The notes under the pieces were generated by a model. That model did not search any database and was not told where the DNA came from. It saw only the letters and a program-made list of their open reading frames with translations. 64,000 bases of DNA from Ruditapes philippinarum (Eukaryota), in assembly GCF_026571515.1 (NCBI RefSeq), contig NW_026864712.1:124001-188000 (forward strand), written 5' to 3'. Both the position numbers and the translations under genes were made by a program. Shown here in pieces: positions 13,457 to 25,700 of the stretch; position 1 is the stretch's first letter; each line of letters begins with the position of its first letter.

Positions 13457-14811
13457 TTCTCTGTATTTCGATTAAAGGGAGATAATAATCATTTTTCGTC
13501 CTATATATTTTCGTACTTACGTCTCTCTAAAGATCCCTGGCTCGTGTAATTCTAATTATCGGATACAATAAGAATTTCACCACAACATGTTTGTTAACAA
13601 AAGAGCACATGCCCTTTTTGTGGTTAAATCTGTTGTTATTCATATTCATATTAAAATTAAAGTAGGGATCTAGATCAAGTTATGTCAATCACAGTTTCAT
13701 CAGTTGCCTTCCACTTATAAGAAAATTCTCTCTCCAGAATTTATATAGATCTATTTACCAGATCTACTTAATCTTATCTTTATTTCTTTCTGGTCCATTT
13801 TAATCTGTACTTTCCATTACATCTAATGACCATGAATATACTATAAAACCAATTAAAAATAATAATATATTTTTTAATTGACGAATATATAATGTCAAGC
13901 AATTTACAATCTCCTTCCAATAAATACGCATTTCCAAAGACATAAAAATACCTCATTAACTGACATTTCAAACAGCAGTTGAAGACTTACAATATTGCTT
14001 ATGCTATAATTATACATATATATATGCCTAATTTTTCCCGCCAAAATACATTAGATATTTAAGGGTAGTTAATTCATTATTTTGATCAATTACTTTGTTA
14101 CAGTAATGCACAATTTATAACATATTGAACACTGAATTGATGATGACCACGATACCATGGATATTGAAAACTAGAATGCGCAAGGTGGTTGTAAGCCCGC
14201 CCCACATGCCCGTAGGAAAAGGAAGCGGGTTTAGCGGGGGAAATTAGTTAGGTTTTAACCTTTCGTATTTCCTCCGCTGCTTGATCATGGTTTCGTTTTG
14301 GCGTCAAAATGACAGGGATTGCACCTTAGCCTCGGTGAAATTGACCCCGTTAGCTCATCAGTCATTACATGTAACTTTTTTAAGACTATGGAAAACAGTA
14401 CAATGATGTCCATTTTCATCTTCAATGACCTTGGTCTCTGTGACATCAAATCTCACCCAAGACCCCTGCAATGAGCCACACTAGTACCAAACATCAATTC
14501 TATGATATTGGTTGACTAGGAACTTGTAGTTCCCAACAAAATTGCTAAAGAATTCTACATGGGAGGCGGAGAATGGTGTAAACAATCTGTGAGGAGCAGA
14601 GCGCTCCACTGTTTTTTTCTCAGTGCTGATTAGCATGATTAGTAAACTGTATTTTTTACAGAGATGTTCCGATATTATCGATCAATCGTGTTTATTGCTT
14701 TCATAAGAAATATCGTGTCATATATCAATTTATTTTTCTATTGTCTTTTTAACTGTTTGAACAGTACTGTTCTTTCAGAGACTTGTACTTGCATGCTTTT
14801 TATTACATTAT

Positions 14812-14895
14812 GGGGGCGTCCGTGCATGGTCGAGTGGCTAAGGATGTTGACTTCAAACTACTTGCCCCTCACCGCTGTGAGTTCGAATCCCGACT
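14812..14895 (+). mobile_element. tRNA-derived SINE head (truncated)
   Basis: A-box-like TGGTCGAGTGG and B-box GTTCGAATCC; homologous to the 5' end of the copy at 20274. Confidence 0.75.
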
Positions 14896-15504
14896 GTAGT
14901 ATCATCATACTGCATGTACAGTATTGTGATACAAAATAGAAATTGTAATGATATCAAATCTTAACAGATTTAAACATTGAATTTGATATTTTGTCCCGGC
15001 AATGTGGTTGGAATGCAAGTAGAACTCACCAAACTGCATGTCAACACATCAAGTTTCAATTTAAATTAAACACCCAGAAAGAAACTTCCCAAAAATAGCA
15101 ACGTTGTGATAATAACCTTTTGACCCAAAAGTATGGCGGGTATAACTCATCTATGTGATATCATGATAGGAAATTTCTTCTTTACTTTGATTGGAAGACT
15201 TACAGGTTTTGATTACCTGGCGCGCATGTCAAATTTTCTGCATATCATTCTATTGTAAATACCCGCGTTTTGTGTGCCAACTAGCACGTTACTTTCAAAT
15301 AGACCAAGGAAAACTCATCTAAGTAAGACCAAGTTACTTTGATTGAAACACATACGAGTATAGGCGTAAGTCAAATCTCGGCATAAATATACTAGCTATT
15401 TTAAAAATCCGGCGTTTTGTTTGCCAAATACACAGACATACATACACTATAAAACTCCATGCCAAATAGAACTTTGTCGATATCTGGCTATAGGTTGGCA
15501 TCAT

Positions 15505-16059
15505 TATAGGAAGTTTGAAAGGGTGCCATCAGCAGGGAAGATGATTGCTTCAATTTTTTGGGATAGTCAGGGGATAATCATGATTCACTATCTTGAGCAA
15601 GGTCGTACCATAAACGGTACGCACAATGCAGACGAATTGAGGCGTCTGCGTCAAAAAATCGCGCGTAAAAGGAGGGGAAAACTGACTCTAGGCGTCCTGC
15701 TTCTGCACGACAATGCGCCAGCTCACACATCCCAAGATGCGATGGCTGCTGCAACTGACTGCGACCCCATCCCCCATATTCTACGGACTTGGCCCCCTCT
15801 GACTTCTACCTCTTTCCGAAACTGAAAACCAAGCGTCGCGGTAGACGTTTTGGTAGCAATGAAGGTGTCATGGAGGCGGTCAATGAGTTCTTTGATGACC
15901 AAAATAGTTCTATTTTGAAGGATTAAACAAGTTGGAGCACAGGTGGGCCAAGTGCATTGTTGTAGTGGGCGATTATATTGAAAGTAAGATCATTAGTTGG
16001 GTTCTCTAACTATATACCGGAAGTACATCGGGCCAAGAACGTTTAGATCAATTCTCGTA
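15505..16059 (+). mobile_element. Decayed mariner transposase, 3' half, plus probable right TIR
   Basis: SAGKMIASIFWDSQGII...LLHDNAPAH; after a frameshift HPPYSTDLAPSDFYLFPKLK (the YSPDLAP motif) and RWAKC...GDYIE; ends ...TCTCGTA. Confidence 0.9.
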
Positions 16060-16778
16060 GTATTTCAGAGCTGATTAAAATACAATTTCCTATATTGTAT
16101 TTATGTCTATGGCAGGTTGAGGCCAACATTTTACCCTGGGGTTGTGACTTGTATAACTCATGTGGAGAACGAGGTACGCCAAATATATGTATGTTATGCT
16201 CTTGTCACAGACGTGTCTGAGATTTTCCGAGTTTCTACTCCAGGGGCATACTGTATACAAATTTTGTTAAAGGAACGCCGCTGTTTTCAAAAATCCTAAT
16301 AACATCAAATTTGAAATTCTTTCATAGTATAAGCTGGCCGGGACTCTAAAGCAAAATGGAATATACAAAAGATGAAATATACAATGTATTCAGAAATGAA
16401 ATTAAAATCGTTTATCACACACCCGTGCCGATTTTACGACTCCGTAAATATGGTATTGCACGGCCGTGCATATATTTTGACGTGACGTTATTAGCATTAT
16501 TTATTACATGCTTTACGGTGGTTTATAGAAATATATCAGTGATATAAAACTGGTAATTTCACTGTTTGAAACAATGAACTTACCACTTTGATAATTTCAC
16601 TGTTTTGAATTTAAGCTCCTTACGTTGTTTCAGTGAAATACCAGCGTGCACAGTACTGGGTACCAACTTAATGACGTGACGTCGTAAATGACACTGCGCC
16701 ACTCGTGAAATATACCTTTTGGTGCTCACTCGGTGAAATATATTCCGATCTTACACTGAACTAAACAATATCCTCTAT

Positions 16779-19700
16779 ACAAACACAGTGTAAAGACGCG
16801 CTCATTAATAGCGTTAAACTATAGGCGCGTCAAAGAAAAATGACTCTTATTTCACTTTAAACGGTCTTTATTTTGGGTATGTGATAAACAGTGTGGCAAT
16901 ACCACGTGACATTGACGTCACTTTTGGCATCATTTCCAAGACAAATATTGCTCGATTCGGAAAAGAAAATAGCCGTAAATATTTTATTTCTGTATCAATA
17001 TCTTTGGGATATGCACCAGTCTACGGGGAAAAATATAAGCTTTCCACAGAATATTAGATCTTGTCAGTTTATAAGCCGTTTTATCAAACACTTTGCATAA
17101 CCTTGGAAGTTGCTTGTATTAGAGCGGGCTTCGGTTGCAAGCTATTTCGTTTTCTGGCGTTATTTGGTCTACGCCATGATAAATAGGTCAGGTTTACATC
17201 AACCGGGGGTACAGACAGCAAAATCCTACCTTAATATGTTTATATGTTTATTATTTATGGCGTAAATCTTGCCATTTTCTTCAATTGTCAATTCTGGCAC
17301 CAGTTCCAAGTCGAAAAAAGGGACTACAGTTTAAAGCAGATTTTAGAATCTGTTGCAAATGCAAAGCAACATGACTACCGTTCTCTTTCTACAATTTCCT
17401 GTTTCATTGTTGATCTTTCACAAAGAGATTGTGAAAAAAAACTGATTGTTCCTTAAAGCAATAACACTTACTTGTATCGCAATAGTGCACCGAAAAATAA
17501 TAGTTTGGTTTCGTTTTGAAGATGTTTAAAGTATTGCTCATCTTATCCTATGTAGTAAAATGTGATTTATTCTATTTCACAATGGCGAAATTGATAAGAA
17601 ATAAATGTGCTCTCAGTGAGAGAAAGAGTTAAAATAAAACAATACTACGGAAAGGGTTACACTATAACGCGAGTGTTGTAAAATGGCTTAAGGTAATTTT
17701 TTCAGTCTATTTTTTGTAAAGAGTAACTAACAAACACTGACACTCGTGAATGTGACGAATAGGTTCTTCTGTCCTCAAATTAAAGAGAGACTTTGAAAAG
17801 GTATATATTTTTCTGGAATTGCCGTATAATAAATTTCTATAAAGTTTGATAAGCAAAATCACAATTTAAAATTAAAATCCTGAATCTAATTGTCAAGCGC
17901 ATTAACATGACGTTTACATTTTATGCTTATTTTACTATAAGCATATTCATCATCAGTCAGATTTTGTTCTTTGTGTAGAACAATTTTAAATAGCATTACA
18001 TATAACTTGGAACTTTGCGTGTAAACCTGATAGTATTGTTACTTAGTTGCGTTACTTATGATTCTCTATTTATCAAAAAGGCCCAAAATAGCCATGAGTC
18101 GCCAATAAAAAAACGAGAATGGACGCCATGTGGTGTAAACAAAGTAGAAAATAGTAAACAGATAAATGATTTTACAAACCAACAGCCATCGATCACAGTC
18201 AAATTTCTTGAAACAAAACATTCTAAAAGTCGGAAATAACAATGATTATCAATAATTATATAAATATTTACATTAACATATATGTAATAGCAACACGACT
18301 GAGGTCCATATATGACACTGATGCGTCCATTGAATTATTGATAGCTAACATAAGCTACGTAAAATTACGATTACATTTGAAGAGTATATTCAATTTTTAT
18401 TCTTCAACTGTCAAATTACTTATTTCTTTATTCACATATCAGATAATTCATTTATTTGGCATATGCATTATGTTTATCATGTTTTAGATTTTAATATGTG
18501 GTCCTTCTTTAAATCTTTAAATGCAACAAAAATCCTGTTAAGGACATCTGCAGGTCATGCCGCGTGCAATAATCCATGCATTTACATCCAATGACCACAT
18601 CGGTAAGAAATAGTCCCAAATAGCCCTATCGTTTTTATTCAGTTGGAAGAGACATTATTGTTAAAAATTCTACTCGATTTAAATGTTTTCAAACCATAAA
18701 TTTATATTCCGTTCCCTTCCTCTCTTTACAATGTGTATTGGTGAGCTCTCTGATAAAGCTCGATTGACTGATATAATTAACTAAATTTGTCAGATATGTA
18801 GTTTATCAACAGAAATAAATGCAATAATAAAATAAATAGTGTTTAGTGTTCTTAAGTGAACGAAGTTATATCCACTTCACGAAAAACGGTTAGATCTACC
18901 GTGGGTATGAAAACAGGATGTGAAATATTTTTTATCAACGAGTGCCACTGTATTAAAAAGCTGAATCTATTATACTTAAACATTGCTACAGGTTTATAAC
19001 ATTATGGTTATACGTATAAATAACTCTTTACAAAAGAATACCCTTTGACTTTGAAATTGCAGCGTTGAGGCATAACGCTTTACAGCATAAAATGGAAGTG
19101 ATCCTGAATGTGCACGTTCATTGGACATTCTAGCTAAGTCAATTTTGCCGTTTTGGGTTTCTGTTTTCTCTCTATTTTGAATACGTTTAGTATTGCTACA
19201 TGACACATATAGATTTTTCATAATCATTACCGTGAAAGGACAATGATTAAAGAGCAAATCAATTTCTTTACAAATACACATGTGCAGACAACAATTTACG
19301 ACTTTTAAAAGCACTTATAGCGCAGCAAGTAAAAATCATTTAAATATTCATTTGTGTTTATGTAAATCGTACAGTAAATAACAAATGTTTGTATGGTTAA
19401 CATAATTATATAGAGAGAGAACGGTAGGCATGTTGCTTCGCATTTGCAACAGATTCATAAATCTGCTTTAAACTGAATCCTTTTTTTCGACTTGGAAACT
19501 GGTGCCAGAATTGACAATTGAAGAAAATTGGCAAGATTTACGCCATAAATAATAAACATATAAACATATTAAGGTAGGATTTTTGCTGTCTGTAACCCCC
19601 GGTTGATGTAAAACCTGACCTATTTTATCATGGCGTAGACCAAATAACGCCAGAAAACGAAATAGCTTGCAACCGAAGCCCGCTCTAATACAAGCAACTT

Positions 19701-20078
19701 CCAAGGTTATGCAAAAGTGTTTTGATAAAACGGCTTATAAACTGACGAAGATCCAATATTCTGTGGGAAGCTTTTATTTTTCCCCGTAGACTGGTGCATA
19801 TCCCAAAGATATTGATACAGAAATAAAATATTTACGGATATTTTCTTTTCCGAATCGAGCAATATTTGTCTTGGAAATGATGCCAAAAATGACATCAATG
19901 TCACGTGGTATTGCCACACTGATAAATAGAATATTAAATTCGTGTAAGTTCATTACTGAATTTATTTCACTCGTTGAATAAAATAATATTATGCTCGCAA
20001 GAGGCTCGCATAATATAATTTTATTCAACTCGTGCAATAAAATCAGTATTGAACTTACACTCATTCAATATCCTCTAT
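16779..20078. mobile_element. Second copy of the hairpin repeat family (as at 5065-5327), interrupted by a 3-kb TIR element
   Basis: Removing 16889-19926 restores GTGATAAATAGAATATT, as seen at 5171. A further element ending AATATCCTCTAT abuts it on the left (about 16440-16778). Confidence 0.75.
16889..19921. mobile_element. 3.0-kb non-autonomous DNA transposon with about 500-bp TIRs and a 5-bp TSD (hAT5-like)
   Basis: Termini CAGTGTGGCAATACCACGTGACATTGA / TCAATGTCACGTGGTATTGCCACACTG. The TIRs stay highly similar for about 500 bp. TSD ATAAA at 16884-16888 and 19922-19926. Confidence 0.9.
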
Positions 20079-20273
20079 TTCTTTAAAGCAATTCCTTGTC
20101 CAGTTTGAATGAAAGAGTTGCAACCCTTTTTAATTTTGCATCATTTTTTTACAATTAGAATAATTATTCAATGCACACCAGCTATTGGTCTAGACAAATA
20201 TCGGTCAAATGGAACATTAATATCGAAAAAAAAAATATTTCCAGTTCCGTCATGTCAAGGAAAAGTTTAAGTT

Positions 20274-20510
20274 GGGCATCCATGACCGAGTGATTAAGGT
20301 CGTTGACTTGAAACCACTTGCCCCTCACCGCTGTCGGTTCAAAATCATGCGAGGAAGCTATCCACCTAGCTTACGAATTCGGTGTCTCTACTCAAGTGCC
20401 TGAAATAATGCACGGAGGGGCATCCGAGATCTTTCTCCATCAGTAACGCTGGGAAGTTGGCATATGACTTCTTCTGTGTTGGTGCGTCGAAGAAAAACCC
20501 AACCAACCAA
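20274..20510 (+). mobile_element. tRNA-derived SINE, near full length
   Basis: tRNA-like head, central CATGCGAGGAAGCTATCCA...CTTACG core and (CCAA)n tail. Decayed reverse copies sit in the introns at about 45615-45750 and 56350-56470. Confidence 0.8.
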
Positions 20511-22790
20511 CTAGACAATGATACATGCCAAATATCTACGTTTAAATACAATTGGTTTTACACAAGATTCATTCAAAAGTTCATCCATTACTAGCTGTTC
20601 ATATAACAAGTTTCTTTACAGCTGCATGCCTCCAGATGAGCACACATATTTCAGGAAAATCAAACTTAAATAATGCACTAAGGTTTTAAGAATTGTTAAT
20701 TAAATGAAATACAATTTTAATGATTTTGCTTCATCAAAATATTTTTTACTGCATAAAAACGCATTAAGGGCTATTGTATTTTTTACCTCATTATTGGTAA
20801 TTTACATGGATCGAATGTGCTGTTTGCAATGTACAAGTTTCTTTATTCACTGTTCAATATTTTACTTTTTAAAAATGCATTACATTATGATGACAATTAG
20901 CATGAAGCTAGCGGCATGCTGCTTTAAGTTTACTGTAAGGATAATTTAATGATCAAGGTGTTTAACACATATAACATATTGTACTGACAGCTGAACTTTG
21001 TGGACTTGATACCGAGATCTCAACCGTTTGAAATTTAATATCAGTGAAAGTCAATTACCCTAATCACGGGGGAGGAAGTGTTACACGAGGGATGGAGTTC
21101 TTATGATAACTTGTCAAGGAGTTCTTGTGATAACTGTCACGGAGTTCGTCTGAAAACTATTGTATATACTGCTAAAACACTCGTCAAAATGGTAATTTTC
21201 ATCTGTAAAAAGTGAGTTTTGTGCTAAATTAAACTTTAAACATTAAGCCTGTCTTACACATTGTATTATGTGTCAAAAACGAATTCATAGTCCATTTTTC
21301 ATCGCCTCTTGCTTAAAATCTGGAAGTTTTGAGTAGAATTTCCAAATTATTTGCCAATTCGCAAGTATTGACCTGTTTATTTCAAGTTTGCATCATTGCC
21401 ATACATAATTACCTAATGATAATACAAAATTGAAAACATAAAGCCCCGGCTAACAAATTTATACGCGATTTTTCAAATGTTCCGGAGTTCTTGTGATAAC
21501 TCAAAATATGTCCGGGAGTTCTTATTTTTTTTTAAGTCTAGACAAGCCTATGAGTCATCATAAGTACTATCAACAGCCTAATGGGTAAATTTTCCATAAT
21601 TGATACACCATTAAAATTCTGAGGGATTTTGTTTAAGAATTTATGCATTAAAGTGATGAATTAGATTATTGTGTTCCAATGTCAAATATAAGGATTGTAA
21701 GCTGACATACTCATGTTGTTACTTTTTCACTCTTCTGTCAAGCATTTTATATTTATGCTTTGTATATATGTATATGCAATTAACACAATATTATTGTTTA
21801 ATGTGGGCTTAACTTTATCGTCATTAAACATTTGGCTCTAGTAAGGATTCATTGAAATCCTAGCAGACGTAATTATGCCATCCATTAATCCATTTTAAAT
21901 TAACAGGTCATATCATACTCCCATTTTAAAGAATGAGTTGTTTACTGTCAAAATGTGTACCCAACAAGGCTGAATATTGATATAATACAAACACCTATAT
22001 TTTTTAATAAAACATTTAATGAAATGAAACACTTACTATACACAATGCATAAATCAGTTTTCAAATCTCACTTGTTCTAGAAGTATGTCCACATTTCACA
22101 CTTGCCAGCAAGTGACAATTTTTCGTATTTTTTTTCCTTTCTTATTCTTAAGTAGGATTTTGTTTGGAGAAAAAAATGTTGCTAATAAAATAGTCACAAT
22201 GGCAATGTGAGAAAACTGAAAAACATGAAATTTACAATCTTGCTTCATTTCAAAGTTTAAAATTTTGCGTGGTCATGTAAACAGATGTTATTTGCTCCTT
22301 GTTCAATATTTTTAAGCACTTGAAAAATGTTAATGCTTTTGGTCTACAATTCACATACAACATGTAACAGTTATCATAAATGAGTTAAACATGATTAAAG
22401 CATTTATTTACAATGAAGAAATGACACTGGTATGAATGATAAATGATGAGATGATTAAAAATGTTAGGGTGATCATGACAATGAGATGTTACAAAATCAA
22501 TAATGTTACCGGAATTCTAGTTTAAAATTCTTTTTCCTGAATCCAACCTTTCTGTTAATATAAATCATAATTCATCATTGCTAAAACATTAGTCGTCAAG
22601 AACATGTGTTATCTCACTTTAAAATTAACTAAAATCCCAAACATGATATTATTAATCCTAGATTCCACAGTGAACTGATAACTTTCAAGTAAATATATAA
22701 AGAATGGCACCCATTTTTGATGAAGATAGTACTGGTGCAACTGCCTCAGATTTTTTAAAGTCTGTCCAAAAAGTTAATGAGATCTAGGTA

Positions 22791-25700
22791 TCATTGTAAC
22801 CGCACACCTCCTGTCTGTTGTTGAAATACGTCTATTGAATCACCATCTTCCATATCCAACTATAAATATCAAAACAAACATTCTCAATATATATCAATGT
22901 CACTGACCTAACTGGTAAAATTTCACTTGTGTGCAGAAAATTTCTGTTTAGACCATTAAAATTGAAGACTAGTACATAATTTAGAACTTTTTTTGTATAC
23001 TTGAATGTTATAAAAATTGCATTGGAAGGAAACTGATATATGTGTATATAATTTTGTTTATCTGTATATTACATCGTTAATTATGGCATTAAACATACAG
23101 GATCTTTAATATACATACCCCGTGAGGTGTATCTGTTTCATTTATTGGGTTACCATCAAATCTAAATCGGACTACTCCAAGTTTAAGACCCTGAAATAAA
23201 ACAGAAAAACTTGCAATTCAAACAGGTCTTCACATAAGCTTGCTATACAACATGTTTCATAGAGATATTTCATTCCAAGTCTAGTTATTGACTGGAAACC
23301 AATTTTCTACTTAAGTAACAGTGACCATGACCGTAGCAGATCAATTGAAAAACAATCCCAAGGGAGTTCCTCACATAAGCTTGCTATACCCAAAGCTTCA
23401 TTGAAATAACTCCTTATCAAACTCTAGTCAATGACCGAAAACCAATTTTCTACTTTTATTAACAATGACCTTGCTCAAAGTGGCCCATAAGCAATCCCTA
23501 GCGAGGTATTCACATAAAGTTTCATTGACCATGAGCATAGGGGACCCTAAAAGGTCTTCACATACGCTTGCTTTATCCAAAGTTTCACTGAAATATCTCA
23601 AATAAATTTGAAACTTGTTTAGACTAGAAACCTATTTACCATTATTAGACCTTATTTGCCCAAAAGCAATTCAAAATGATATCTGCACATAAGCTTAAAT
23701 GATTACACATAAGCCTTTGCCACCAGTGAACAATGACCAGGCTCTATTCTAGCGGTAGCTCATTTTTTTTTAAATAAATATTTTAATCTTTAATCCATTA
23801 ACTTAAAATTTCAAAGGGCAAATTCAGATGGTTAATCAATATATCTATATTTTTTTTATATAAACTTTATAAACAGTAAAACAGTTATCTTGTTTTCATT
23901 ATCCTTTAGTAGATTCTTGAAAGAGGTGTAAGAAAGAAAGAGAATGAATAGCACATCAACAGAATAAAATGTCTCAGAACAGAATATTATTCTGCTATTT
24001 ACAATAGGATTTTTACTTTGAAAGCACCATTTGCTCTTCTTTCATTAGGATAATTTGGAATTATTCCTAATTAAAATTTCAAACAATAATTTTGTAAACT
24101 TCAGGCATCAAATATTATTATTATTGTTATTATTATAGCTTTGTATAAGGGTTAAACAATAAATATAATTAAATGTCTTGTTTGTTTTCAATAAATCTTA
24201 CCGCTCTGTCACAGTATGCAGACATGAGTTTGCGCAGGGGTGTATTTCTTTTAATTTTGAAATGTACAACACTACCATCTTGTCCAGTGACCTTGAGATT
24301 TATATGTTCAGTCTCATTTTTGACATCATCCTGAAATATGAGATATAGCATAGCTAGTTACATTGTTTAAATGTCTCAGAAAAAAATAAATTTTCATTTC
24401 TATAGAAAGGACAAACGTGAATTATGAAACATTTAAATAATGGTTTTAGAGTAAGTTAGATGCATATAACCTGAGTAAAGATTAAAAGTAGGGATAAATC
24501 TGAATTAATTTGTATATAAGTAGCATAATGTAAACAAAGAAGTATTTTGACTTCCATACAAAATCACTATAACTGTACTAATTGCCAAAATGCCTCAGGC
24601 CTTCGGCCATTTAGTAACATCTTTGGAAACTATAAAAGTTAACCAAAGATAAAAAGCATTTGAGCATAATGATATTAATGACCCTTTAAAGTTTAATCAT
24701 AATTAATGTACAGATTACAGAATAAGAAAACTTAAATATCATTTTCTCTAGTTTATAGCTACATCAGCGTTGTTTGTGCCGTGTGGAGGCTGTAAAAAGT
24801 CGCCATACATTCAATCGGAGATGTTAAATTTCCGATCCTTCCAAGATCATTGTTGTGTTTGTGTTATTTTTAGTTTTAACTATTCTGCATTTTCTGGTTA
24901 GGTTATCCTACTCAAATAATGTTGAATCACCCTTAGGATATGTTGCCTGCTTTTTAACTTTAGTCTTTTCTGTGATATGCAGGCTTCATAATCTCTGATC
25001 CCCTTTCAAAATAATTTATTTAGAAAATTCTTGAAAATTTTCTCTTCTCCTTACAGGCTGTGGGAAATCCATCTAACTTTCATTGATGTCAAACCCCTCG
25101 CACGGATGTAAACATGACTAGAGTAATTTAAACTTCAGAGACAGCTATGAGATACAAGGGAATCTGGGAACCTGTCCCTAGCTCTTATTGAATAAACTCC
25201 AACGGGGCTTTTTTCCCCTTCTATAACACTAACAGGGGCCGATATAAGGCCCCTTCACAATTAAAATTGCTTTTTTTCCACAAAGCGGCAGAAAAAAAAT
25301 ATCACAATTTCAAAAGAGATTTCACGAAATACTTGGATTTTGTCTTCGAAATACATTGTTTACCTTCCGGTAAAACTTGATTTAACATATTTGAATTATT
25401 TATTAATGCATGTAGAGCTAGTTACTATTGTGAATTTAAAGTATTTCAATGACTATGTCAAAATTGGACGACAGAGAAGATAAGTATCGTTCAATTTCGA
25501 CACTCCTGTACAATTGTTATGGGCAGGGTTCCCACTCTTAGATATTTTGAAAATTTAAGGACTTTTCCAGGACTTATCAAGGACCTTTATCGATTTTTTA
25601 AGGACTTTTTAGAAGATAAAATTTCAAGCTATTTGATTTTTTTTGTCCTTTGAATATGTTCATGGTAATGTTTAGCAACACCAATATAATACATATAGTT

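Noticed and set aside
14812-14895. Functional tRNA gene
   Set aside because: No clean acceptor stem, and it matches the head of the SINE at 20274.
16889-16895. ProtoRAG/Transib assignment suggested by the 5-bp TSD
   Set aside because: The termini are CAGTGTG rather than the CAC heptamer, and no RAG1/Transib coding remnant is visible.
16891-19919. Mirror-image ORFs MWQYHVTL... on opposite strands
   Set aside because: They are translations of the two TIR arms, start at GTG and show no protein motifs.
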